Shown: positions 17,299-25,649, numbered from the stretch's first letter. The stretch: 35,849 bases of DNA from Candidatus Aminicenantes bacterium (GCA_030673995.1 DAOUYU010000001.1:1-35849); one strand, 5' to 3'. Numbers and translations are program-made. Notes: generated by a model not told the origin, from the sequence alone.

Positions 17299-18831
17299 TT
17301 ACTCCCATTCTATGGTTCCAGGAGGCTTAGAGGTAATATCATAAACCACACGGTTAACACCATCAACTTCATTGACGATCCTGTTCGATATTTGGGAAAG
17401 AAGCTGTGAGTCAGCAGGAAACCAGTCAGCCGTCATCCCATCCACACTCTGGACAAGGCGGACAGCAACAACGCTCTGGTACGTCCGCCTATCTCCCATG
17501 ACTCCAACTGATTTCACCGGGAGTAAAACCACAAATGCCTGCCATAACTTCCGGTAAATCCCTGCTCTTTTGATTTCCTGAAGGAGGATCTCATCGGACT
17601 CCCTTAAAAGCTTAATCCTCTCCGGTGTTATCTCCCCTACAATCCTTACTGCCAGGCCAGGGCCAGGAAAAGGGTGTTGAAAAATGAATTCTCTACCCAC
17701 TCCCAACTCCTCAGCCAGAGCCCTCACCTCATCCTTAAAGAGTTCTTTCAGGGGCTCGATGAGCTTAAACGGAAGCCGGGAGGGCAAGCCCCCGACATTA
17801 TGGTGAGATTTGATGGAGGCCGAAGGCCCTTTCACAGGTTGGCTTTCAATCACATCAGGATAGATCGTACCCTGAGCCAAATACTCAACCTCACCAATCC
17901 TCTCCGCTTCTTGTTTAAAAATGCGGATGAATATTTTTCCGATGATCTTTCTTTTTCTCTCCGGAGATATGACCCCCCTGAGCCCTTCAAGAAATGATAC
18001 AGAAGCGTCAACACCGGTGATATTGAGGGCAAATTTTCTGCGGAACTGCTCCATAAATTCCTGGTATTCCCCCTTTCTCAAAAGGCCAGTATCAACAAAA
18101 ATACAGAAAAGATTGCGCTTTACAGCTTTTTGGAGAATAAGGGACGTAACGAGAGAATCGACTCCCCCGCTGAGCCCGCAGACGACTTTCCCTGCCTTAA
18201 CATGCCGGCGAATCTCCTCTGCTTTTTGTTCTATGAAAGAACCCATCTTCCATTCGGCTCTCAATCCGGAGAGTGAAAAAAGAAAATTCGACAAAATCCT
18301 CTTTCCCTGTTTAGTATGGATAACTTCTGGATGGAACTGCACACCAAAAATTCTCCTTTTCCGGTCTTCCATAACAGCTGCATCACAATGAGCAGTCTTC
18401 CCTGATACAATAAAATCTGACGGAATTTCCTCCACCCTATCCCCATGACTCATCCAAACCTGATTCCCGCTCCTAACGCCTGCCAGCAAACCTTTTCTAT
18501 CTGTAACCTCAAGGGAAGCAAAACCGTATTCTCTCTTTTTCGATGAAGACACTTTCCCTCCTAAATGATAAGCCATAAGCTGCAAGCCGTAGCAGACACC
18601 GAGAACAGGAATTCCCATCTCGAAAATCTCTTTAGAAGCACGGGGAGCTTCTCTTCCGTAGACACTCTGAGGGCCTCCGGAGAGGATGAGAGCAGCAGGA
18701 TTTTCCTTTTTTAATCGGGGAGGGGAAACATTGAAGGGCAAAATCTCCGAAAAAACTCCTAATTCCCTTATTTTTCTTGCAATTAGCTGTGTATACTGGG
18801 AACCAAAATCAAGAACAACAACCTTATCCAT
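17299..18831 (-). CDS. guaA: GMP synthase (glutamine-hydrolysing)
   Basis: 510 aa. The GATase domain (VVLDFGSQYTQLIARKIRELGV, GVCYGLQ) is followed by the ATP-PPase SGGVDS motif and the conserved C-terminal ...PPGTIEWE. Confidence 0.95.
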   Translation of the reverse strand: MDKVVVLDFGSQYTQLIARKIRELGVFSEILPFNVSPPRLKKENPAALILSGGPQSVYGREAPRASKEIFEMGIPVLGVCYGLQLMAYHLGGKVSSSKKREYGFASLEVTDRKGLLAGVRSGNQVWMSHGDRVEEIPSDFIVSGKTAHCDAAVMEDRKRRIFGVQFHPEVIHTKQGKRILSNFLFSLSGLRAEWKMGSFIEQKAEEIRRHVKAGKVVCGLSGGVDSLVTSLILQKAVKRNLFCIFVDTGLLRKGEYQEFMEQFRRKFALNITGVDASVSFLEGLRGVISPERKRKIIGKIFIRIFKQEAERIGEVEYLAQGTIYPDVIESQPVKGPSASIKSHHNVGGLPSRLPFKLIEPLKELFKDEVRALAEELGVGREFIFQHPFPGPGLAVRIVGEITPERIKLLRESDEILLQEIKRAGIYRKLWQAFVVLLPVKSVGVMGDRRTYQSVVAVRLVQSVDGMTADWFPADSQLLSQISNRIVNEVDGVNRVVYDITSKPPGTIEWE

Positions 18832-18940
18832 GAGCAGATATTAGCACAAATTCGGCAACGCATCTCTCTATTTATTTATTTTTCTCCTTTTTCCTTTCAT
18901 ATAAAGTAAAAAAAGAGAACCGTTTCCATTTTTAGGCAAA

Positions 18941-19188
18941 GGTTTTGGGGGATAGACGCAGCGACCATTGAAGATTTAGCCTTCCCTAGCTTCTCTTCGA
19001 GGGAACCCAACGGAGTTACAAAAAAGAGAGCATAAGCGAAGGCTGAGTGTGTAGAAAACCGTGAGCAAGGCTGAGCGGGCAGGGTTCCTCTCCCGGAGGG
19101 AGAGGAGAGCGAAGCCTGTATCCGAGCGGGATTTCCTCGCTGGGGAAATCCCGCGTGTTTTCGAATCACTTAGCCTGAGCTTTTTTGA
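18941..19188. repeat. Copy of the mosaic structured repeat family (head GGTTTTGGGGGATAG + AGCGACCATTGAAGATTTAGCCTTC arm + X module + Y module)
   Basis: 18941-19075 aligns with 25294-25430. 19060-19188 aligns in inverted orientation with 35721-35849, with 8 mismatches in 129 nt by my count. It contains the hairpins CCTCTCCC-GGA-GGGAGAGG and GCGGGATTTCC-n7-GGAAATCCCGC. Confidence 0.85.
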
Positions 19189-19190
19189 AA

Positions 19191-19219
19191 TTGACTTCAA
19201 TTCTCTATTCTTTTATAGT
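19191..19219 (+). promoter_or_regulatory. Candidate promoter for apgM, implying a near-leaderless mRNA
   Basis: TTGACT (19191-19196), a 17-nt spacer, then TATAGT (19214-19219). The ATG at 19231 is only 11 nt past the -10 and no SD is visible. This is a motif match only. Confidence 0.4.
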
Positions 19220-19230
19220 AGTTTCTAACA

Positions 19231-20433
19231 ATGAACTGGAAAAAAATCGTATCAGAAGTAAGCATCCAATCCGATTCAAAAATCATTCTCTTAGTCATGG
19301 ATGGTCTGGGCGGACTCCCTGTCCAAGGAAAAACAGAGCTCGAAGCCGCCAATACTCCGCATCTCGACCATCTTGCAGCAAAGAGTGCGTGCGGCCTGAC
19401 TGATCCGGTTTTCATGGGGATCACCCCTGGAAGCGGCCCAGCCCACCTTGCCCTATTCAGTTATGACCCAACACAATACATTCTGGGCCGGGGAATTCTG
19501 GAAGCTCTTGGGTCTGATGTCGAAGTCGGGAAAAATGATTTGGTGGCCAGGGGAAATTTTGCAACATTAAAAGATGACCTCATTGTTGACCGCAGAGCGG
19601 GCAGGATCCCTACTGAAGAGAATGCAGCCCTATGCCAGAGACTCAATAATGCCCTAAAGGCAAGAATAGGGCTAAAAATCACCCTTTACCCCGCAAAGGA
19701 GCACCGTTTTGTTGTCAAATTCAGCGGAGAAGAACTTTCCGATGCCCTGACCGATGCGGACCCCCAGAAAGAGAACAAACCCAGGGTTTACACTTCACCT
19801 CTGTGCCCTGAAGCCACGAAAACAGCCCAGATTGCCAACGATTTCCTTGATGAAGTGACAGACATCTTAAAGGATTCTCCCAGAGCCAACACCGTGCTTT
19901 TAAGGGGATTCTCTAAATATCCCACTATCCCGACCCTGGTTGAACTTTTCAAATTAAAGCCAGCGGCAATAGCGAATTATCCAATGTATAAAGGATTAGC
20001 CAGGCTTGTCGGGATGGAAGTCCTGAAGGCAGGACAAAACTTATGCGATCTCTTCGATGCCGCGGAAAAACACTACAAAGATCATGACTTTTTCTATGTC
20101 CACGTAAAAAAAACAGATTCTGCTGGCGAAGATGGAAATTTTGAAGCAAAAAAAGAGGCGATTGAAGAAACGGACAAATACATTCCCCGTCTTCTTGCTC
20201 TCAAGCCTGACGTCCTGGTCGTTACATCTGACCATTCCACTCCATCTCTTTTAAAATCCCATTCCTGGCACCCCAATCCATTTCTCTTGTTCTCTAAAAG
20301 TGCCATAGCGGATAAGGTGATGACGTTTACTGAGAAAGAGTGCAGCCAGGGCTACCTGGGGCGATTTCAAGCAATCTACGCCATGCCCTTGATGCTGGCT
20401 CATGCCAGAAAATTAAAGAAGTTTGGAGCCTGA
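19231..20433 (+). CDS. apgM: Cofactor-independent phosphoglycerate mutase, archaeal/ApgM type
   Basis: 400 aa with ILLVMDGLGG, ANTPHLD and the late SDHSTP metal-binding motif of the alkaline-phosphatase superfamily ApgM group. Confidence 0.85.
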   Translation: MNWKKIVSEVSIQSDSKIILLVMDGLGGLPVQGKTELEAANTPHLDHLAAKSACGLTDPVFMGITPGSGPAHLALFSYDPTQYILGRGILEALGSDVEVGKNDLVARGNFATLKDDLIVDRRAGRIPTEENAALCQRLNNALKARIGLKITLYPAKEHRFVVKFSGEELSDALTDADPQKENKPRVYTSPLCPEATKTAQIANDFLDEVTDILKDSPRANTVLLRGFSKYPTIPTLVELFKLKPAAIANYPMYKGLARLVGMEVLKAGQNLCDLFDAAEKHYKDHDFFYVHVKKTDSAGEDGNFEAKKEAIEETDKYIPRLLALKPDVLVVTSDHSTPSLLKSHSWHPNPFLLFSKSAIADKVMTFTEKECSQGYLGRFQAIYAMPLMLAHARKLKKFGA

Positions 20434-20447
20434 GGATATTCACGTCG

Positions 20448-20476
20448 TTGACGGTAGTCGATTTATAGTATAAAAT
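20448..20476 (+). promoter_or_regulatory. Candidate promoter for the amidase/DUF362/polyferredoxin string
   Basis: TTGACG (20448-20453), a 17-nt spacer, then TAAAAT (20471-20476). This is a motif match only. Confidence 0.35.
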
Positions 20477-20488
20477 TAATAAGGTACA

Positions 20489-21646
20489 GTGATGAAGAGA
20501 CACAAGACCTTCAGGTCAGTGCCGTTCTTCCTTCCTTTTCTCTTCTTTCTCGCCATTCCTTCTCTACCCGACGAGAGAGTAGAAATTCTCAGCATTCGGT
20601 TCTTCACACATCCCTCATACACTCGAGTCGTCATCGATGTCGGGGAATTAAGGGAATACAGCTACAACCGGCTTAAATCTCCAGACCGAATTTATGTCGA
20701 TATCTACCAGGCAAAGCTGAATCCCATTCTCCACGAAAAAACAATCCTTGTTCAAAACGACTATCTCAGTCAAGTAAGAGTAGCCCAAAAGACCACTTCA
20801 ACCGTTCGGATTGTGGCAGACCTGGATCTCGATATATCCTCTTTTCGAGTCTGGCACCTCCCAGACCCATTCAGGATTATTATCGATATCCACCCTTCAA
20901 AGTTTTATCGGCCTTCTCAACCTACCTCAAAAAATATCAGCATCATTCGCCAGTTAGGTTTGGGAATCCAAAGAGTTGTCCTCGACCCCGGCCACGGAGG
21001 TACAGACCCAGGGTGTGTCGGGAAAAGTGGAACCCTGGAAAAAAATGTAGTCCTCGATGTTTCCAGGCTTTTGAAAACATTATTGGAAAAAGAGGGCCTG
21101 GAAGTGATCCTGACACGAGGATCAGACATCTTTCTTCCGGTTGAAAACAGAACGGTGATCGCCAACCAGAAACAGGCGGATCTCTTCATCTCCATCCATG
21201 CTAACGCTACTCGCAACCGAAAGCTTTCAGGCGTAGAAACCTTCTATCTCAATTTCAGCCAAGACCCTTCGGTCATCGCAACAGCGGCTAGAGAAAATGC
21301 AACGTCTACTAAAAACATCAGTAAAATGAAAGACATCATCGAGAAAATCATCCAAAACACTAAAATTCCTGAATCAAAAGAACTCGCCAAAGGCATTCAA
21401 AATAATCTCGTCCGGTCTCTCTCTAAAAAATACAGCAACATCAATAGCCTGGGTGTTAAAGGGGGTCCTTTTTGGGTTCTTATAGGAGCGGAGGTGCCTT
21501 CTGTTCTTGTTGAAATCTCTTTTTTGAGTAATCCCACTGAAGAGAAAAGACTGCAAAGCACTCAATACCGTCAACGTATTGCCCAGGGAATCTATGAAGG
21601 CATCATGGCCTATAAACACTCCTTGGAGAAAGGAACTGTCCAATGA
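20489..21646 (+). CDS. N-acetylmuramoyl-L-alanine amidase (Amidase_3) with signal peptide and N-terminal AMIN domain
   Basis: 385 aa. It has a hydrophobic N-terminus, an AMIN-like region (VRVAQKTTSTVRIVADL), and a catalytic domain with VVLDPGHGGTDPG, SIHANA and VLVEISFLSNP. The GTG at 20489 is immediately followed by an ATG at 20492, and either could be the start. Confidence 0.88.
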   Translation: MMKRHKTFRSVPFFLPFLFFLAIPSLPDERVEILSIRFFTHPSYTRVVIDVGELREYSYNRLKSPDRIYVDIYQAKLNPILHEKTILVQNDYLSQVRVAQKTTSTVRIVADLDLDISSFRVWHLPDPFRIIIDIHPSKFYRPSQPTSKNISIIRQLGLGIQRVVLDPGHGGTDPGCVGKSGTLEKNVVLDVSRLLKTLLEKEGLEVILTRGSDIFLPVENRTVIANQKQADLFISIHANATRNRKLSGVETFYLNFSQDPSVIATAARENATSTKNISKMKDIIEKIIQNTKIPESKELAKGIQNNLVRSLSKKYSNINSLGVKGGPFWVLIGAEVPSVLVEISFLSNPTEEKRLQSTQYRQRIAQGIYEGIMAYKHSLEKGTVQ

Positions 21647-22530
21647 AAAGAAGAGATTTTGTTAAGGAAATCACTCTGGGAAGCCTCATCCTGAAGTTCA
21701 ATCCTGCTCTCTTCGCTCAAAATAAAGGCCCGCCTGATTTAGCCTGGATCAAGGGCGATTCTCCAGCCCTGCTGACCAGAGAAGCCATCGCCACCCTTGG
21801 AGGGATGAAGCGATTCGTCTCAAAAGGGGACATCGTTATGGTCAAGCCCAACATCGGCTGGGACAGGCCTCCGAAACTGGCGGCCTGTACCAATCCTGAA
21901 ATCGTGAAAACTATCGTCGAACTCAGTCTCGAGGCAGGAGCAAAACAGGTTAATGTCATAGATAATCCCTGCAATCCGGCAAGAAGGACTTATGTTCGTT
22001 CCGGGATTGCTGAGGCCGCTAAAAAAGCAGGAGCAAAAGTATCCTTTCCAAATCCCCACCGGTTGAAAAAGGTGGCGCTTAAGGGCGAATGGCTTAAAGA
22101 ATGGGAAGTTTATACAGACTTTATCGAAGCTGACAAAATCATAAACGTACCCATTGCCAAGACTCACAGCCTGTCGAGATTAACCATGGGAATGAAAAAC
22201 TGGCTCGGGGCGGTGGGGGGAAACCGCAACCAGCTCCACCAAAAGCTTGACCAGGCAATGATAGACCTTGCTGCCTTCTTCAAGCCCTGTCTTACTGTCC
22301 TGGACGGCTACCGGATTCTCATCAGGAATGGGCCTCAAGGAGGCCGTCTCTCCGATGTCAAGCTCCACAAAACCGTCGTGGCAGGAGTGGACTATGTCGC
22401 AGTGGATACAGCAGGAGCGACTTTTTTCGAAATGAGCCCTCAAGAGCTGCCCTATCTTCAAATCGCCCACCAGAAAGGATTGGGGGAAATCAACCTGGAG
22501 AAACTTGTCATTGAAAAAAGAACGCTCTAA
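21643..22530 (+). CDS. DUF362 domain protein with twin-arginine (Tat) signal
   Basis: 295 aa. The Tat motif is in MKRRDFVKEITLGSLIL...ALFAQ, and the body resembles DUF362 (VMVKPNIGW..., KTHSL...). Its ATG overlaps the amidase stop (ATGA). Confidence 0.7.
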   Translation: MKRRDFVKEITLGSLILKFNPALFAQNKGPPDLAWIKGDSPALLTREAIATLGGMKRFVSKGDIVMVKPNIGWDRPPKLAACTNPEIVKTIVELSLEAGAKQVNVIDNPCNPARRTYVRSGIAEAAKKAGAKVSFPNPHRLKKVALKGEWLKEWEVYTDFIEADKIINVPIAKTHSLSRLTMGMKNWLGAVGGNRNQLHQKLDQAMIDLAAFFKPCLTVLDGYRILIRNGPQGGRLSDVKLHKTVVAGVDYVAVDTAGATFFEMSPQELPYLQIAHQKGLGEINLEKLVIEKRTL

Positions 22531-24091
22531 AAAATACAGAATTCTCCAGGCCCTCCGGATCCTCAGCCAAACCCTTTTCTTCCTCCTCTTTATCTATTTA
22601 CTCTTCGGAACTCACTTCCCAGGAGAAGACTATATAGGCCGGGTGGAGATTTTTTTCCATTTCGATCCCCTTCTTGCTTTGGCAACTTTTATCGCTTCCC
22701 GCACAATTTTCGTATCTTTTATTTTTGCAGCCTTTACGGTCATCCTAACTTTTGTCCTGGGGAGGGTGGCCTGTGGCTGGGTATGCCCCCTGGGTTCCCT
22801 CCACCAATTTTTCTCATTTATCTTCAAGAAATTAAAGCTCTTAAAACCGAAAAAGAATATCGACAACCGAACAGCCTGGAAATATTATCTCCTTTTATTT
22901 ATTCTTGTGGGGACACTTTTCTCCCTTGACCTGGTGGGTATTTTTGATCCCCTCTCTCTGCTCTATCGTTCTTTCGCAACAAGTGTTCTGCCAGCCTTCA
23001 GCCACGGTTTTTCCGCCTTTATCGGCCTTCTTTATCAATTCAACCTTTCTTCTCTGGGGGACAGCTTTTTTCAATTCTATGAAAAGCTGGCAGTCAATCC
23101 CACTTTTCTCCAGGGCTTTTTCATCGGAGTGCTCTTCATCGGCATCGTTCTTCTCAACATCTCCAGAGAGAGATTCTGGTGCAGGTATCTCTGTCCTCTG
23201 GGAGCCTTTCTTGGTCTCATCTCAAGGTGGAACGTCGTGAAGCTCAAAATAGACCCTCAAAAATGCATCGAATGCAACCTCTGCACCATCCACTGCCAGA
23301 CCCAGGCTAATCCCTTCCCTGAAGAAGAATGGAAAAGCTCCGAATGCGTTTATTGTCTTACCTGCAGCGCTATCTGCCCTACAAGCGCTATCTGTTTCCC
23401 GATTAAATCCACGCCTGAAAAAATCTCGCAAGTCGACCTTTCCAGAAGAAAACTCATCTTTACCTCTTTCCTAGGTGTGCTCACCGTCCCTTTTTTCCGT
23501 CTTTCTCCCTCTGCAAGGCGAGCCTCTCCGAAATTGATCAGGCCCCCTGGTGCTCTTCCAGAGAAGGCGTTCCTTCAGAAATGTGTCAAATGCGGCGAAT
23601 GCATGAAAGTCTGTCCGACCAATGCGCTCCAGCCCGCCCTGACAGAAGCCGGGCCGGAAGGGATCTGGACGCCTATGCTTGTTCCTAAAATTGGCTATTG
23701 TGAATACTACTGCTCTCTCTGCTCCCAGGTTTGCCCTACAGGAGCCATAAGAGAGCTAACCGTGGAAGAAAAAACGCAGATCAAGATCGGGCTTGCCTGG
23801 GTCGACAAAAACAGGTGTATTCCGTACGTCCTGGGAACTCCCTGCATTGTCTGTGAGGAACACTGTCCCACCTCTCCTAAGGCGATAAAACTTGTTAAAA
23901 TTGAAGTAAAGCTTCCCGATGGAAACATAAAAACTCCCGTGGCTCCGATCATCGATACAGACCTCTGTATTGGGTGCGGAATTTGTGAGACCAAGTGTCC
24001 AGTTGTCGATAAGCCTGCGATTTATGTCACAAGCGTGGGGGAAAGCCGTTCTGAGAGAAATCAGCTCCTGCTCGACATTATAAAAGAATAG
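22505..24091 (+). CDS. Membrane-bound NapH/MauN-like polyferredoxin (multiple 4Fe-4S motifs)
   Basis: 528 aa. TM helices are combined with CGWVCPLG and CRYLCPLG motifs, followed by six CxxCxxCxxxC(P/Q)-type motifs (CIECNLCTIHCQ, CVYCLTCSAICP, CVKCGECMKVCP, CSLCSQVCP, CIVCEEHCP, CIGCGICETKCP). No ATG occurs in the first ~340 codons. A TTG start at 22505 has GGAG 5 nt upstream and overlaps the DUF362 gene by 26 nt. Confidence 0.8.
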   Translation: MSLKKERSKKYRILQALRILSQTLFFLLFIYLLFGTHFPGEDYIGRVEIFFHFDPLLALATFIASRTIFVSFIFAAFTVILTFVLGRVACGWVCPLGSLHQFFSFIFKKLKLLKPKKNIDNRTAWKYYLLLFILVGTLFSLDLVGIFDPLSLLYRSFATSVLPAFSHGFSAFIGLLYQFNLSSLGDSFFQFYEKLAVNPTFLQGFFIGVLFIGIVLLNISRERFWCRYLCPLGAFLGLISRWNVVKLKIDPQKCIECNLCTIHCQTQANPFPEEEWKSSECVYCLTCSAICPTSAICFPIKSTPEKISQVDLSRRKLIFTSFLGVLTVPFFRLSPSARRASPKLIRPPGALPEKAFLQKCVKCGECMKVCPTNALQPALTEAGPEGIWTPMLVPKIGYCEYYCSLCSQVCPTGAIRELTVEEKTQIKIGLAWVDKNRCIPYVLGTPCIVCEEHCPTSPKAIKLVKIEVKLPDGNIKTPVAPIIDTDLCIGCGICETKCPVVDKPAIYVTSVGESRSERNQLLLDIIKE

Positions 24092-24119
24092 GGAGAAATC
24101 CTTTATTAAACTTTAGTGT

Positions 24120-24902
24120 TTAGGGAAGCTCCTTTATTATTGTAAACTGTACGGTCTTCAACAGCTCCCCCTCTGGACCGAGCACATTCACATGCCATTC
24201 TCCAATCTCGTGGTCCATGATATTTTTCGTGCTCCATGTACGCCAGCCAGAGCCTCCTATCGAAAGAGAAATCCTTGCCCTCTCTGTATCTCCGAAATAC
24301 CAGACATGGGTAATCTCAATGGGAGTTTCAGCTCCATCAACCTTTGTAAAACAGAAAAGCTTGCCCACCGTGGACTCAAACTCTTCTCCAACATCTACGG
24401 GTTCGCGGTCAACCGCATCCCGGCATACAACTCCTTCCGTGACCTGAAGAGCAGCCGTTCCCGGAGCTCTGACTATCTCTTCCCTGGGCACGCCTTTTAT
24501 TGTGAAGTTTAAGGTCTTCAACAACTCATCCCCTGGGCCAAGCACATCAACGTGCCAATCTCCCGTCTCGTGAGCCTGGATTGCCTTCGTGGTCCAGGTG
24601 CGCCAGCCAGAGGCTTCTACCGACAAAGAAACTCTCGATCTCTCGATCTCTCCCCAATACCAGACATGGGTAATTTGAATAGGTTCTTGAACTCCGATAA
24701 TCTGTGTAAAGCAGTAGAGTCTGTTCACAGAGGTCTCGAATTCATCCCCCACATCAACGGGTTCTCGATCAACAACATCCGCACAGATAACCCCTTTGGC
24801 CACTTCAACAGAAGCCTCCTGTGCCCTTACGGTCACTCCCAGATACAGAGAAAACATAATCAGAGTGGCTAAAACTAAAAGGCGTGAAAACTTTCTTTTC
24901 AT
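24120..24902 (-). CDS. Secreted protein made of two tandem DUF2914-like repeats
   Basis: 260 aa with a signal peptide (LVLATLIMFSLYLGVTVRAQE) and a strong SD (AAAGGAGG). There are two ~120-aa repeats (C.DVVDREPVDVG.EFE....L.CFT......PI.ITHVWY.G..ER.R.SL.....GWRTW.TK.I..HE.G.WHV.VLGP..ELLKT..FTI). The DUF2914 assignment is from memory. Confidence 0.7.
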   Translation of the reverse strand: MKRKFSRLLVLATLIMFSLYLGVTVRAQEASVEVAKGVICADVVDREPVDVGDEFETSVNRLYCFTQIIGVQEPIQITHVWYWGEIERSRVSLSVEASGWRTWTTKAIQAHETGDWHVDVLGPGDELLKTLNFTIKGVPREEIVRAPGTAALQVTEGVVCRDAVDREPVDVGEEFESTVGKLFCFTKVDGAETPIEITHVWYFGDTERARISLSIGGSGWRTWSTKNIMDHEIGEWHVNVLGPEGELLKTVQFTIIKELP

Positions 24903-25185
24903 AGCAGTCCTCCTTTAATTGAAAAGAATAAGGTTATTGAGTGATTCCACCTTTCTCCAATTTAAGCATAAATGATTGTTTTTAACAACAAAAAAAATCC
25001 CTTAACATTCATGTGGTTAAACTTGCAGCAACCAAATTCCCTCTATTTCCAAAACGATCTAAACGCCCTGGATTTTTTTCTCTTTTGGCAAATAAGCATT
25101 CAATAATCCAGGTTATATATTTTAGTCGATTAAGTTCACCCTTTACGGAAAGTTGACGAAGTCAACCGGCCGAGATGTTTGAAGG

Positions 25186-25236
25186 AAAAAAGGGGACAGG
25201 CAACTTTTTAATAAAAAGTAGCCTGTCCCCTTTTTT
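25186..25236 (-). terminator. Bidirectional intrinsic terminator-like palindrome
   Basis: A6-GGGGACAGGCAACTTTTTA-A-TAAAAAGTAGCCTGTCCCC-T6 forms a 19-bp stem with one A-A mismatch and U-tracts on both strands. On the minus strand it would terminate transcripts coming from etfBA after the repeat array. A second GTCCCCTTTTTT half-site lies at 25240-25251. Confidence 0.65.
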
Positions 25237-25257
25237 CTTGTCCCCTTTTTTCTCAGG

Positions 25258-25646
25258 CATTGTTCTTCTCCCATCTCCTTCTTTTCACTACCAGGTTTTG
25301 GGGGATAGCCGAAGCGACCATTGAAGATTTAGCCTTCGGAGCTCGGTCTTCGAGGGAAGCTGACGAAGTTATAAAAAAAAGAGGGCATACGCTCAGGCTA
25401 CGTGTGGAGAAAACCATGAGAAAGGCTGAGCAAGCACGGTTCCTCTTCTCTCTTTTCACTACCAGGTTTTGGGGGATAGACTAAGCGACCATTGAAGATT
25501 TAGCCTTCGATGTTCGCTCTTCGAGGGGACCCGACGGAGTCGGGCGGCGAGTATGTCTGAGCGGAGCGAGTTACGCAGCCGCCGAGAAGAGTGAATAGAG
25601 AATGGCGTTAAAAATCTGAAGGGGAGCGAGGCTATCCCCCAAAACC
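25258..25646. repeat. Two tandem units of the mosaic repeat family; the second is closed by a perfect 15-bp inverted repeat
   Basis: CTTTTCACTACCAGGTTTTGGGGGATAG occurs at 25281-25308 and 25452-25479 (171-nt period). GGTTTTGGGGGATAG at 25465-25479 pairs with CTATCCCCCAAAACC at 25632-25646. 25258-25310 is 53/53 identical to 35658-35710. Confidence 0.9.
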
Positions 25647-25649
25647 TTT

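Noticed and set aside
18832-18940. Purine or guanine riboswitch upstream of guaA
   Set aside because: The ~110 nt between the repeat element and the guaA ATG lack the conserved three-way-junction sequences and form no obvious P1-P2-P3 architecture.
19120-19176. tRNA-like or RNase P-like fragments in the Y module (TTCGAATC resembles a T-loop; GAGGAAATCCCGCTCGG on the opposite strand resembles the RNase P GAGGAAAGUCCGGGCUC box)
   Set aside because: No cloverleaf can be drawn because the T-stem would be only 3 bp with no acceptor or anticodon arms. The RNase P match is partial. The sequence is also multi-copy, which is unlike an essential single-copy RNA gene.
18897-19200. ORFs inside the repeat loci (18897-19169, 18976-19200, 25253-25459, 25260-25484, 35521-35754, 35621-35848) translate to mutually similar peptides such as ...IPQNLVVKRRRWEKNN...
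   Set aside because: The peptide similarity simply reflects the repeated DNA. The frames are not conserved across copies, the modules occur in both orientations, starts lack properly spaced SD sites, and one frame runs through a terminator palindrome. I treat them as non-coding.
25258-25646. Possible CRISPR array, given repeated GGTTTTGGGGGATAG-containing units
   Set aside because: There are only two direct units at 171-nt spacing, the sequence between them is itself repeated elsewhere, the third occurrence is inverted, and no cas genes are in the window.
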